64,000 bases of DNA from Pristiophorus japonicus (lineage: Eukaryota): positions 68,324,001 to 68,388,000 of the forward strand of contig NC_091987.1 in assembly GCF_044704955.1 (NCBI RefSeq), in the 5' to 3' direction. Below the pieces are notes generated by a model. The model saw only the letters and a list, made by a program, of their open reading frames with translations. It did no database searches and was not told where the DNA came from. The translations under genes were made by a program, and so were the position numbers. This document shows positions 11,594 through 24,060 of this stretch, piece after piece; the first letter of the stretch is position 1, and every line of letters starts with the position of its first letter.

Positions 11594-12396
11594 TGCGTGC
11601 CCACTCAGGGAAGTCAGTTTAGGTCTAATCAATTCAAAATTGAATTTAACTCCATAAAGTCTTTGCATTCAATATTTATTGCCTTCATATATAGGATGCC
11701 TCTGCATGTATAATATTTATCTTGAAAGCTTGTTTCAAGTAGGGAAAGATGAGTGTAATTATGAAGTCATCAAGCACTACAGTACAATATCGCTTATGAC
11801 TGTCTGAATGATGTTAATGCAAGTTTGGTTTACAATCTACTCCTAAAGTAGGGATATACTATTCCACCATTTTCCCTTTCTTTATTTCCATTTGTGCCTG
11901 GTCACTATGAGCATTTCAGACTTTTCTGTGACTTCATCCAATAAGAGAGATAGGGGGAGAAATTGGGCTACTTTGCACTTCCCATTGCTAATGGGATGCA
12001 AATGAGAACAGTGCCTCCCATTAAATTGGGTGGGGGCTTTGCAGCAGAGCTAACACGTAGCGCCCTGCTCAACTGCGCCCGACGATGCTAACTTCATCAC
12101 TGTGCACAGCGCCCCGTTACTGCCCCGGAAGATAAATCGGCCCTCACTTCCTGTTTTACAGCCTGGCACTTCAGCTATCGTGTTTCAGTCGGGAGTCGGC
12201 TGGAGAAGCGCTATTTAAAGGCGCTAGGGTCAGGTAAAGTTTTAGTCAGCCAATAATGGTTGCTGCTTACTTCCACATATGCAGACAGGTGCTTTGACAG
12301 ATTTCACCGATTTCCAGTTGAAGCAGTGTTCGAGCTATTAAAGATTCGTGAATTTCATTGAGGGCAGATTTGAAAGTCCAACATTTATATTGTTTC

Positions 12397-13562
12397 ATGG
12401 GGGCTGTGTTGGCACTCTGACGTCACCATTGGAGACATCTTAGGCAGAGAGAAAGACAGCAATATGTGGCCAGAGGGTGGAGGGCCAACAGAGCTGCCAA
12501 CAGGAGACCTTACCCTCCCAGGATATTCCGGCAGCAGTCCTACATCTATTTCACTGAGGAACAGTGTGTTCAAAGGCTGCGCTTCAGCAAGGACGTGGTC
12601 ACAGAGCTCTGCCAACTTTTGCAACCTGAACTCGATCCTCAGAACAGTGTGAGGACGACTCTCTCAGTGACAGTCAAGGTCACCATCGCACTCAATTTCT
12701 ATGTCAGCGGATCCTTCCAGTGAGCAACAGGAAACATCTCCCAGTTTGCTGTCCATTGCTGCATCCGTGAGGTCACAGATGCTCCCTTCAGAAGGAGAAG
12801 GGAATACATTTTCTTCCCAAGACCAGAGAGAAGCAGCTGGAGTGTGCATGTGGCTTTGCCAGGATAGCGGGCTTCTCCCTAGTGCAGGGCGCCATTGACT
12901 GCACCCACGTCGCTTTGCAGGCGCCGTTTCACAATCCTGAGGTATTCCATAACCGCAAAGGCTACCACTCACTGAATTTGCAGTTGGTGTGCGACCACAC
13001 ACACCGAATCCTTACCATCAGTGCCTGCTATCCTGGCAGCACCCACGATGCATTGAACCTGCGCCAGGCCTGTATGCCAGCTCTTTTCCAGCCACCACAT
13101 CAAGCACGTGACTGGCTGCTCGGTGGCAAGAGCTATCCACTCTCCACCTGACTCATGATTCCCCTCCGCAACCCCAACAGTCATGTCCAGCACTCTTAGA
13201 ATGAGAGCCATGCTGTCACCAGGAACATCATTGAGCAGACCATCGGAGTGCTCAAGCAACGGTTCCGCTGCCTTGACCTCTCGGAAGGAATCCTCCATTA
13301 TTTGGCTGAGCAGGTGTCCATTTTCGTCGTCATCTGCTGCATGCTGCACAACCTGGGCATCATGAGGGCACAGCCATTACCACCAGGCATAGCTCCATCA
13401 CCTCCGGAGGAGGAGCAGGAGCAAGTTGAGGAGTAGGAAGAGGAGCAGAAGGAGGATGAGGAGGAGCAAGAGCAGCAAGAGCAGCAACAGAAAAGGCAGC
13501 CACTTAATCAGCATTCTGCAAGGTCGATCTGCAACCACCTCATCAGACTTCGGGTCCAATGA
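12397..13562 (+). pseudogene. Harbinger (HARBI1-like) transposase, decayed
   Basis: RRPYPPRIFR, ALNFYVSGSFQ, GAIDCTHV, FHNRKGYHS, YPGSTHD, LLGGKSY (catalytic D replaced by G), LKQRFRCL, Glu-rich tail. Confidence 0.9.
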
Positions 13563-16282
13563 ATTCCAGCTCACTTCCTGGTTGCTCTGCATGTCCCCAT
13601 CAGCATAGCAATTTCCCCTTCCATTCCACAGCCCCAAAACTGAAATGAGAGACAGCACCAAATATGCAACATTCCAATTAAAATTTATCTCATAACATTT
13701 ACCACAATTATAAACAACAATTACATTTATGAAGCACCATTGTGCAAAACCTTATATCCCCTCTTAACACTGGCTTTACCTACTCCACTGCTCCAATGTA
13801 GTATGTCCCCTGTAGCTGTAGCACAGCTGGTGGAAGGCTGCTGAGTGCCAGGGCCAGAGACTACAAATGGCCTTGCAGGATGCCCTTGACCAGCTGTGGG
13901 CCTGGAAGCCCCGGCTGTAGACTGCACTACCTCAGGCTGGGCGGCGGCAGTCTGGGCTGGCTGGATGACAGGCAGCGACAAGTGCAGTGGCGGACTGACA
14001 GTGGCGGGTTCAGGAATGCTGTCATCTTCATGGTTCCTGCTCCACTGACCCACTGCCACTTCCCCGGGGCAGCACCTCAGCATCCCTCCCAATCTGCTGG
14101 AGCACAGATTGGTGGCCTACAGTGACACCGTGAGATCCCCGGTCGACTGTGGTGGACCCAGCAATGACGGCAGCAGTCAGAGCTCACATGGCATGCAGCT
14201 GAGACTGCATGAGAGCAGTCTGAGCTTTCACGCCAGCAAGCGTTGACTGCATTAGAGCACTAAGATGTTGCATTGCTTCCGTCTGTGCTGCAATGGCAGC
14301 TGCCACATCACCCATGACACACGTCATGAGGTCTGGATCCCCTCGGTCTCTCTGTGAGTCCACCATGGTCTGCAGACTGGCAATGATGGGCTCCGTGTTG
14401 TGCGCAGAGCTCTGTGCAATGCTGGAGGTGGACTCCTCCACGCTCCCTACCACTGCCGAGAGGCTCTCAGGCACCCTTGCCATTGCATGTATTATGCCAG
14501 AGTGCATGGCCATCACTCTTCTTGTGAGTGCCTCCCCATCGAGGTCCTCATCGGAGTCCTGTGCAGCAGAACTCACACACAAACTCTCCCTCCGGGGAGC
14601 TGGCTTCCAAGCTACCCTTTCCCCTTGGCCTTGTTGCAGCCCATTCAGCCCCAGTGCCTCACCCAGTGCAGACCCCTCTACTAAACTTCCCTCTAAAGAT
14701 CACGTAGTGCCAGTCTCTGAGGTGGTGTCTGCGGGTGAGAAATGCAGTGACGCGGTGCTTGGGTCCCCCTCCTCATCTCCTTCTTCACTATTATTGGGGG
14801 GGCTCAGGGACAGGCTGTTCATCTGCTGGCTGATTATCTGAAAGCATAAAAGACACCAGACTCATGTAAAAGGTGAGGGCAGGGGGGCAAGTGTGGAGCA
14901 AGGAAGGCAGACAGTGTCAGGAGCTGGAAAGTGATAAGGCCTTCTGGTGTGAGGGGGAAGTGGGATGAGAAATGGAGAGGGAATAAAGATACTGTTGTTT
15001 CCCTCAACAGGATCAACATCATTAATGGCCATAGCTCCCACTGCCTGCTGCCCAATCAGTCCCAGCACTCGCTCCCCCAGGTCGGACAGCTATTGGAGCT
15101 GAGGTTCACCCCGCCCTGTCCTCTGCTGCTCCCTCTGAATGTGTGCCATCTTTGCCTACAAAAGAAAGGAATGTGTATGATTCAGAGTTCAGCTATGTGT
15201 CTGGGAGATATGCCTACCATTGTTGAATAGCTGTGAATGTAGGCAAGGTGTGAGGATGTGGGTTTGAGTAACAGCACATGTTTGGTGGGTTAGTGTTTAT
15301 ATGGCTCAAATAAAGCAATGTGACTGAGTAATGTAGACTTGAGTAAGTATGACCTTAGTCTCTTCATTCTGACTCCAGAGTGCTGGTACAGCATGGGAGG
15401 CCTGCTGATATACAGTGCTCCCAAGGGATGCTGGGATCCCTTGGGACTGCATCAGATGCACCCTCTGGTGGTGGTAGAATGCTGGTTACATGGTGTTGCA
15501 TACATAACATCACCCCCCCCACACCCCCGTCCCAAAGTCAATAGTACACTTATTTACAGGGTGAGACGATCTGGGGCTTTCCACTCCCTAGTCGATCGTC
15601 TCGGTACAAACACAGGTGCAGGTGAGTTGGTTGGGACTTCGCTGGGCTGCTGCACAGCTGGCCTTGATGGGCTGCTGGGGATGGTGAGTTCAGCTTCATG
15701 GTCAATCAGGATGTCAGTTGCCACTTGTGTGTGTGTCGGAGGGTCGAAGTTGGTGGTGTCCTCTTCAGGTTGCTCGTGGCTGTCTGTGAATCGCAGTTTG
15801 GTTTGGTCCAAATGCTTTCTGCAAGTTAGTCCCTTCTTTGGCTACGACTGTGCCAGCAAGCCATTTGGGACCATGTCCATAGTGGAGTACAAATACAGGG
15901 TCATTGACTTCAATATCGTGTGACAAATTTGTGCGATCATGGTACATACTTTGTTGATGTCGCCTGCCCTCGACATGATGGAGATCAGGGTGAAGTAGAG
16001 AGAGCCTTGTTTTGAGTGCCCTTTTCATGAGCAGTTCGGCAGGGGAACTCCGGTGAGTGAGTGGGGTCTAGTGCGGTTGCTGAGCAGGACTCGGGACAGG
16101 TGGGTCTGTAGGGAGCCTTCCAACAAATGTTTCAAGCTTTGCTTGATGGTTTGGACTGCCCGTTCTGCCTAGCCATTAGATGCGGGATTGAACGGGGCAG
16201 ATGTGACATGCTTGATCCCATTGCGGGTCATGAATTCCTTCAATTCAGCGCTAGTGAAGCACGGCACATTGTCGCTGACAAG

Positions 16283-19200
16283 TGTTGTGTATCTGTAAAG
16301 CATGCACTCCCATGTTCCGCCACCAGAGAGCGCATCCCCTGAAGTCCCAAGGGATCCCAGCATCCCTTGCGAGCACTGTATATAAGCCGGCTCCTAAGGC
16401 CTGTTCCTCACTCTGGAGTGTCTTAATAAAGACTGAGGTCACTGTTACTTTAACTTCCCTGTGTGCAGCCTCATCTGTGTTAGGAACACAATAACTGCCG
16501 ACGAGTATACGAATCCAACGCAAAGATGCAGCAAACTGTGGTCATCCTGGAGAAGTTCTCGGAGGGTGAGGACTGGGAAGCCAATGTCAAACGACTAGAC
16601 CAGTACTTTGTAGCCAACGAGCTGGACGGAGAAGGAAGCACTGCAAAAAGGAGAGCAGTCCTCTTCACGGTCTGCGGGGCACCGACCTACAGCCTCATGA
16701 AGAATCTTCTGGCTCCGGTGAAACCCACAGATAAGTCATATGAGGAGCTGTGTACACTGGTTCGAGAGCATCTTAACCCGAGGGAGAGCGTGCTGATGGC
16801 GAGGTATCGGTTCTACACGAGCAAGCGATCTGAAGGTCAGGAAGTGGCGAGCTACGTCGCCGAGCTAAGGCGACTTGCAGGACAATGTGAGTTTGATGGC
16901 TACCTGGAGCAAATGCTCAGAGACTTTTTTATACTGGACATTGGCCACAAGACCATCCTACGAAAATTTTTGACTGTAGAGACACCGACCCTCAGTAAGG
17001 CCATTGCGATAGCACAGGTGTTTATATCCACCAGTGATAACACCAAACAAATCTCTCAGCACACAAGTGCCAGCAATGTTCATAAATTAACTGGAACTGT
17101 GTTTGCGAGCAGAAATGTACAGGGCACAACCCACGAGTCTGCAACTGCCAGCAGGCCTCAGGTGACCCAGATGACTCAGAATCCCCAACAAAGGATGAAT
17201 GAAAGACAATTCACACCTTGTTGGCGTTGTGGAGGCTTCCATTCAGCCTATTCATGCCACTTAAAAGGGTATGTTTTCAAGAGCTGTGGAACAATGGTGC
17301 ACCTCCAACAAGCTTGCAAACGAGCTGCAAGCTCTGCAAAACCTGCTAACCACCACGTGGCAGAGGAAGATCGGTCCATGGTGGATCAAAGCAATTTCCA
17401 GCCTCAGAGAGAGGAGGCAGATGCTGAAGTACACGGGGTGCACACATTTTCGATGAAATATCCACCTATAATGCTAAATGTAAAATTGAATGGCTTACCC
17501 GTAGCCATGGAACTGGACACTGGCGCGAGCCAATCCATCATGAGTAAAAATATGTTTGAGAGACTGTGGTGCAACAAGGCACTCAGACCAGCCCTGAGCC
17601 CCATCCACATGAAACTGAGAACGTACACCAAAGAGCTTATCACTGTCATGGGCAGCACCATGGTCAAGGTCACCTACGAGGGCACGGTGCATGAACTGCC
17701 ACTCTGAATTGTCCCAGGCAATGGCCCCACACTGCTTGGAAGGAGCTGGCTGGGCAAAATCTGCTGGAACTGGGATGACATCCGAGCGCTATTACATGTC
17801 GATGAGGCCTCATGTACCCAGGTTCTTAATAAATTTCCTTCCCTTTTTGAGCCAGACATTGGAAACTTTTCCGGGGCGAAGGTGCAGATCCACTTGGTCC
17901 CAGAGGCACGATCCATTCACTACAAGGCATGAGCGGTACCTCACATGATGAGGGAGAGAGTGGAAATCGAGCGAGTGGGCCAGCCCAATTGTTCCAGTAC
18001 TCAAAAGTGATGGCACGGTCAGGATTTTCAGCGATTATAAAGTAACATTAATCGTTTCTTGCTACAGGACCAATACTCGCTACCTAAGGCAGACGACCTA
18101 TTGCGACGCTGGCAGGAGGCAAGACATTCACCAAGCTCGACCTGACTTCGGACTACATGATGCAGGAGCTGGAGGAGTCTTCGAAGGGCCTCACCTGCAT
18201 TAACACGCACAAGGGACTGTTCATCTACAACAGATGCCCGTTTGGAATTCGGTCGGCTGCAGTGATCTTCCAGGGAAACATGGAGAGCCTACTCAAGTCG
18301 GTACCATGCATAGTGGTTTTTCAGGACGACATATTGGTCACGGGTCGGGACACCGTCGAGTACCTACACAACCTGGAGGAGGTCCACCAGCGACTGGATC
18401 GCGTAAGGCTGTGGCTGAAGAGGTCGAAATGCGTCTTCATGGCAATAGAAGTGGAGTTTTTGGGGAGAAAGATTGCGGCGGACGGCATTCGGCCCACAGA
18501 CGCCAAGACAGAGGCTATCACAAATGCGCCCAGGCCACAGAACGTCACGGAGCTGCAGTTGTTCCTGGGACTCCTCAAGTATTTTGGTAACTTCCTACCG
18601 GGGTTAAGCACCCTCTTAGAGCCCCTACATGTGTTATTTCGTAAAGGTGAGAACTGGGTATGGGGAAAAAACCAAGTAATTGCGTTTGAGAAAGCCAGAA
18701 ACATTTTATGCTCCAACAAGCTGCTTGTATTGTATAACCCGTGTAAAAGACTTGTGTTAGCATGTGATGCGTCGTCATACGGAGTCGGGTGTGTATCACA
18801 ACAAGCTAATGTTGCGGGGAAGTTGCAACCTGTCGCCTATGTCTCCAGGAGCTTGTCTAAGGCCGAGAGGGCCTACAGCATGATTGTGAAAGAGGCATTA
18901 GCGTGTGTGTTCGGGGTAAAGAAAATGCATCAGTATCTGTTTGGCCTCAAATTTGAGCTGGAAACCGATCACAAGCCCCTCATATCCCTGTTTGTTGAAA
19001 ACAAGGGGATAAATACTAATGCCTCAGCCCGCATACAAAGGTGGGCACTCGCGCTATACCATCCGCCACAGGCCAGGCACCGAGAACTGTGCAGATGCTC
19101 TCAGTCGGCTACCATTGCCCACCACGGGGGTGGAAATGGCGCAGCCTGCAAACTTGTTGATGGTGGCGCAGCCCGCAGATTTGTTGATGGTCATGGAAGT

Positions 19201-20829
19201 GTTTGAAAATGATAAATCACCTGTCATGGTCGGCCGGATTAGGACTTGGACCAGCCAAGATCCTCTGCTGTCCCTAGTCAAAAACTGTATACTGCATGGG
19301 AGCTGGGCCAGCATCCCCGTTGAAATGCAAGAGCCAATCAAGCCATTCCAACGGCGAAGGACGAGCTGTCCATTCAGGCAGACTGCCTGTTGTGGGGTAA
19401 CCACGTAGTGCTACCCAAAAAGGGCAGGGAGACATTCATCTCGGATCGCCACAGCACACACCTGGGTATAGTAATGATGAAAGCGATAGCCAGATCCCAC
19501 GTGTGGTGGCCCGGTATCAACTCTGACTTAGAGTCCTGTGTACAGCAATTCTGAGTGTGTGCTCAGTTGAGCAATGCGCCCAGAGAGGCACCACTAAGTT
19601 TGTGGTCCTGGCCCTCCAGACCATGGTCGAGGATCCATATTGACTATGCGGGCCCGTTTCTCGGTAAAATGTTCCTGGTGGTGGTGGATGCTTTTTCAAA
19701 ATGGATTGAATGTGAAATAATGTCGGGAAGCACCGCCACCGCCACCATTGAAAGCCTGAGGGCCATGTTTGCCACCCATGGCCAGCCTGACATACTGGTC
19801 AGTGACAAAGGGCCATGTTTCACCAGTGCCGAATTTAAAGAATTCATGACCCGCAATAGGATCAAACATGTCACCTCGGCCCCGTTTAAACCAGCCTCCA
19901 ATGGGCAGGCAGAGCGGGCAGTATAAACAATCAAACAGAGCCTTAAACGAGTCACAGAAGGCTCACTCCAAACCCGCCTGTCCCGAGTACTGCTCAGGTA
20001 CCGCACGAGACCCCACTCGCTCACAGGGGTGCTCCCGGCTGAGCTACTCATGAAAAGGACACTTAAAACCAGACTCTCACTGGCTCACCCCAACCTGCAT
20101 GATCAGGTAGAGAGCAGGCGACAGCAACAAAATGTAAACGATGGTCGCGTCACTGTGTCACGGGAAATTGATTTGAATGATTCTGTGTATGTGCTAAACT
20201 ATGGACATGGTCCCAAGTGGATCGTGGGCACGGTGATAGCTAAAGAAGGGAATAGGGTGTTTGTAGTCAAACTAGACAATGGACAAATTTGCAGAAAGCA
20301 CCTGGACCAAACGAGGCTGCGGTTCACAGACTGCCCTGAACAACCCACAGCAGACACCACCTTTTTCGAGCCCACAACACACACCCAAAGGATCAACGAC
20401 ACCATGCCGGACCAGGAAATCGAACTCATCACGCCCAACAGCCCAGCAAGGCCAGGCTCACCCAGCAGCCCTGCAGGGCCAACAACACGCCTGCCCTGCG
20501 AGGGCACAGCCAACACACCAGAACAGACATTTGTACCGAGGCAGTCCACCAGGGAAAGAAAGGCTCCCAACCGCCTCACCTTGTAAATAGTTTTCACTTT
20601 GACTTTGTGGGGGAGTGATGTTGTGTATCTGTAAAGCATGCACTCGCATGTTCCACCACCAGGGAGCTCATCCCCTGAAGTCCCAAGCGATCCCAGCATC
20701 CCTTGGGAGCACTGTATATAAGCCGGCCCTTAAGGCCTGTTCCTCACTCTGGAGTGTCTTAATAAAGACTGTGGTCACTGTTACTTTAACCTCCCTGTGT
20801 GCAGTCTGATCTGTGTCAGGAACACAATA
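16283..20829 (+). mobile_element. Full-length Gypsy LTR retrotransposon (Mag-like), inner element
   Basis: 211-bp LTRs at 16283-16493 and 20619-20829. 5-bp TSD ACAAG. PBS-like TGCCGACGAG. PPT GGGGGAGTGA. TATATAA and AATAAA in the LTR. Confidence 0.95.
16526..20586 (+). pseudogene. gag-pol of the inner Gypsy (Gag zinc knuckles, protease, RT, RNase H, integrase), several stops and frameshifts
   Basis: CWRCGGFH..., LDTGAS, VFQDDIL, ACDASSYG, TDHKPL, HIDYAGP, LVSDKG, SNGQAER. Confidence 0.93.
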
Positions 20830-20834
20830 ACAAG

Positions 20835-23800
20835 GACATCAGGCAGGCCGTGCGTGGCAAGCATGGCTCGTATGTTTTTGATGGTGGCAGTGGACATGCT
20901 TACAGACACTATTACACACTCAATCCATTCTGAATAAGTATCCACAACAACCAAGAACATTTTGCCTAGAAACGGGCCAGCGAAGTCAATGTGGATCCTA
21001 GACCATGGTTTGGAGGGCCATGACCAAAAACTTAGTGGTGCCTCCCAGGTGCATTGCTCAGTTGAGAGCAAGTGTTGCATTGGCGCACACAAGACTCCAA
21101 ATCTGAGTCGATGCTGGGCCACCACACAAGGGATCTGGCTATAGCTTTCATCATTACTATGCCTGGGTGTGTACTGTGTCCGTTGCATATGAACATTTCC
21201 CTGCCTTTCTTAGGCAAAACCACGTGATTAGCCCACAAAAGACAGTTCGCCTGTGTGGACATTTAGTTTTTGCGCCGCTGGAAAAGCTTAATCTCTTCAT
21301 GCATCTCCGCTGGGACGCTGGACCAGCTCCCATGGAGAACACAGTTTTTTACAAGGGACAGTAAAGGATCCTGGCTGGTCCAGGTCCTGATCTGGCGGGC
21401 TGTAACGGATGACTTTTCGTTTACAAATGCATCCATCACCAAGAGCAAGTCTGCAGGCTGTGTCATTTCAACCCCGGTGGTGGGCAATGGTAGCCGACTG
21501 AGGGTGTCAGCGCAGTTCTCTCTGCCTGGCCTGTGGCGAATTACATAGTTATATGCAGACAGCGTGAGTGCCCATCTTTGGATGCGAGCAGAGGCATTGG
21601 TATTAATATCTTTGCTCTCTGAGAATAGCGATATGAGCGGCTTATGGTCAGTTTCTAACTCGAACTTAAGCTCAAACAGATACTGGTGCATTCTTTTTAC
21701 CCCGTAAACGCATGCCAGAGTTTCTTTTTCAATCATGCTGTAGACACTTTCGGCATTGGACAAACTCCTGGACGCATAAGCAACGGTTGCAATGTTCCCG
21801 ATTTGTTTGCTTGTTGTAACACACACCCAACCCTGTACGAAGATGCATCGCAAGCTAGCACTAAACGTTTACATGGGTCATACAGAACAAGCAGTTTGTT
21901 GGAACATAACAGATTTCTGGCTTTCTCAAAAGCAGTCTTTTGTGATTTCCCCCATACCCAGTCATCTCCCTTGTGTAGAAACATGTGTAGAGGTTTTAGC
22001 AAGGTGCTTAATCCAGGTAGGAAATTACCAAAATAATTGAGAAGTCCCAGGAATGACCACAGCTTCGTCACGTTCTGTGGTCTCGGCGCGTTCTTGATGG
22101 CCTCCATCTTGGCGTCGGTGGTTCTGATGCCGTCTGCTGCGATTCTTCTCCCTAAGCACTCTGGTGCCAGGAAAACACACTTCGAGCATTTCAACCCGAG
22201 TCCCACACTATCTAGCTGACTTAGAACCTCTTCCAGGTTCTGCAAGTGTTCGATGGTGGCCCGACCTGTGATCAATATGTCGTCCTGCAAAAACCACGGT
22301 GCATGGAACTGACTTTAGCAGACTCTCCATGTTCCTTTGAAAAATAGCCACGGCAGATCGAATCCCAAATTGGCATCTATTGTAGATGAACAGACTTTTG
22401 TGTGTGTTGATCCTGGTGAGGCCTTTCGAAGAATCCGCCAGCTCCTGCGTCAAGTAGGCTGAGGTCAGGTCCAACTTGATGAATGTCTTCCCTCCAGCCA
22501 GGGTCGCAAATAGATCGTCTGCCTTGGGTAGTGGGTACTGGTCCTGCAGCGAAAAACGGTTAATCGTTACTTTATAGTCCCCACAAATTCTGACCGTGCC
22601 ATTGCCCTTGAGAACCGGAACAATCGGACTGGCCCACACGTTGAACTCCACCGGTGCGATGATGCCCTCTCATTGCAGCCTGTCCAGCTCGATCTCCACT
22701 TTCTCTCACATCATGTATGGCACCGCACGTGTCTTGTGGTGGATGGGTCGAGTACCGGGAATCAAATGGATCTGCACCTTCGCCCCAGAGAAATTTCCGA
22801 TGCCTGGCTCAAACAACGACGGAAACTTGCTCAGAACCTGGGCACATGAGGCGTCATCGACGAACGAAAGCGCTCGGATGTCATCCCAATTCCAGCGGAT
22901 TTTTCCCAGCCAGCTTCTGCCGAACAGTGTGGGGCCATCTCCTGGTACAATCCATAGTGGTAGTTCGTGTACTGCTCCATCATAGGAGACTTTTACTGCT
23001 CCACTGCCAATTACAGGGATCAGCTCTTTAATGTAAGTTCTCAGCTTGGTATGAATAGGGCTCAGCTTGGGCCTGTGTGCCTTGTTGCACCACAATCTGT
23101 CGAAGACCTTTTTGCTCATGATAGACTGACTTGCACCCGTGTCCAATTCCATGGCTACTGGAATTCCATTCAGTTCAACTTTTAACATGATTAGTGGATG
23201 TTTTGTGGTGAAGGTGTGTACCCCGTACACTTCTGCCTCCTCGGTTTGAGTCTCTAGTTCAGTTTGATCCACCGTGGATCGGTCTTCCTCTGCAACGTGG
23301 TGATTTGCAGGATTTGCAGCTCATCTGCACGTTCGCTGGAGGTGTCCCATTGTTCCACAGCCTTTGCACGCATAGTGTTTGAAGCTCGATGATCACCTCT
23401 GCAGCGCCAACAAGGTGTTAATTGCCTCGCATTCACGCTTGATGACGGACTCTGAATCATCTGAGGTCATGCAGCTGCAGGCGTGTACATTCTGCCATAT
23501 GCATTCCTGCCTGAAAACGACATTACTTTGTGTACAGTACTTGCCGAAGCATCTTTATGCTGCGAGATTTGTTTGGTGTTATCGCTGGTGGACATATCGT
23601 TATGGCTTTGCTCAGGTTCGGTGTTTCAACAGTCAATAGTTTGCGAAGGACAACCTCATGGCCAATGCCAAGCACAAAAAAATCTCTTAGCATCTGCTCC
23701 AGGAATCCATCAAATTCGCAATGTCCTGCAAGGCGCCTTAGTTCGACGACATAGCTCACCACTTCCTGGCCTTCAGACCGTTGACATGTGTAAAATCGTT

Positions 23801-24060
23801 ACCTTGCCATCAGAACACTCTCCTTCGGATTTAGGTACTCCCGGACCAGTGTGCACAGTTCTTTATATGATTTGATTATTGGTTTCACTGAAGCAAGAAG
23901 ATTCTTCATGAGGCCATAGGTTGTTGCCCCGCAGACAGTTGGCAGTGTTCACAATCCCTTCCAGCTCGTTTGCCACAAAGTATTGGTCGAGTCGCTCCAC
24001 AAAGGCTTCCAAATCGTCACCTCCTGGGAATTTCTCCAGGATACCAACAGTTCTCTGCAT
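20835..24060 (-). pseudogene. gag-pol of the outer Gypsy (5' part; the integrase continues at 16277-15554)
   Basis: MQRTVGILEKF Gag start, LDTGAS, QDDIL, CDAS, HIDFAGP. The sequence PDVLV|SDN is interrupted by the inner element. Confidence 0.9.

Noticed and set aside
12397-13562. Domesticated HARBI1/NAIF1-type host genes
   Set aside because: Stops, frameshifts, a lost catalytic Asp, intact TIRs/TSD and several related copies indicate dead transposons.
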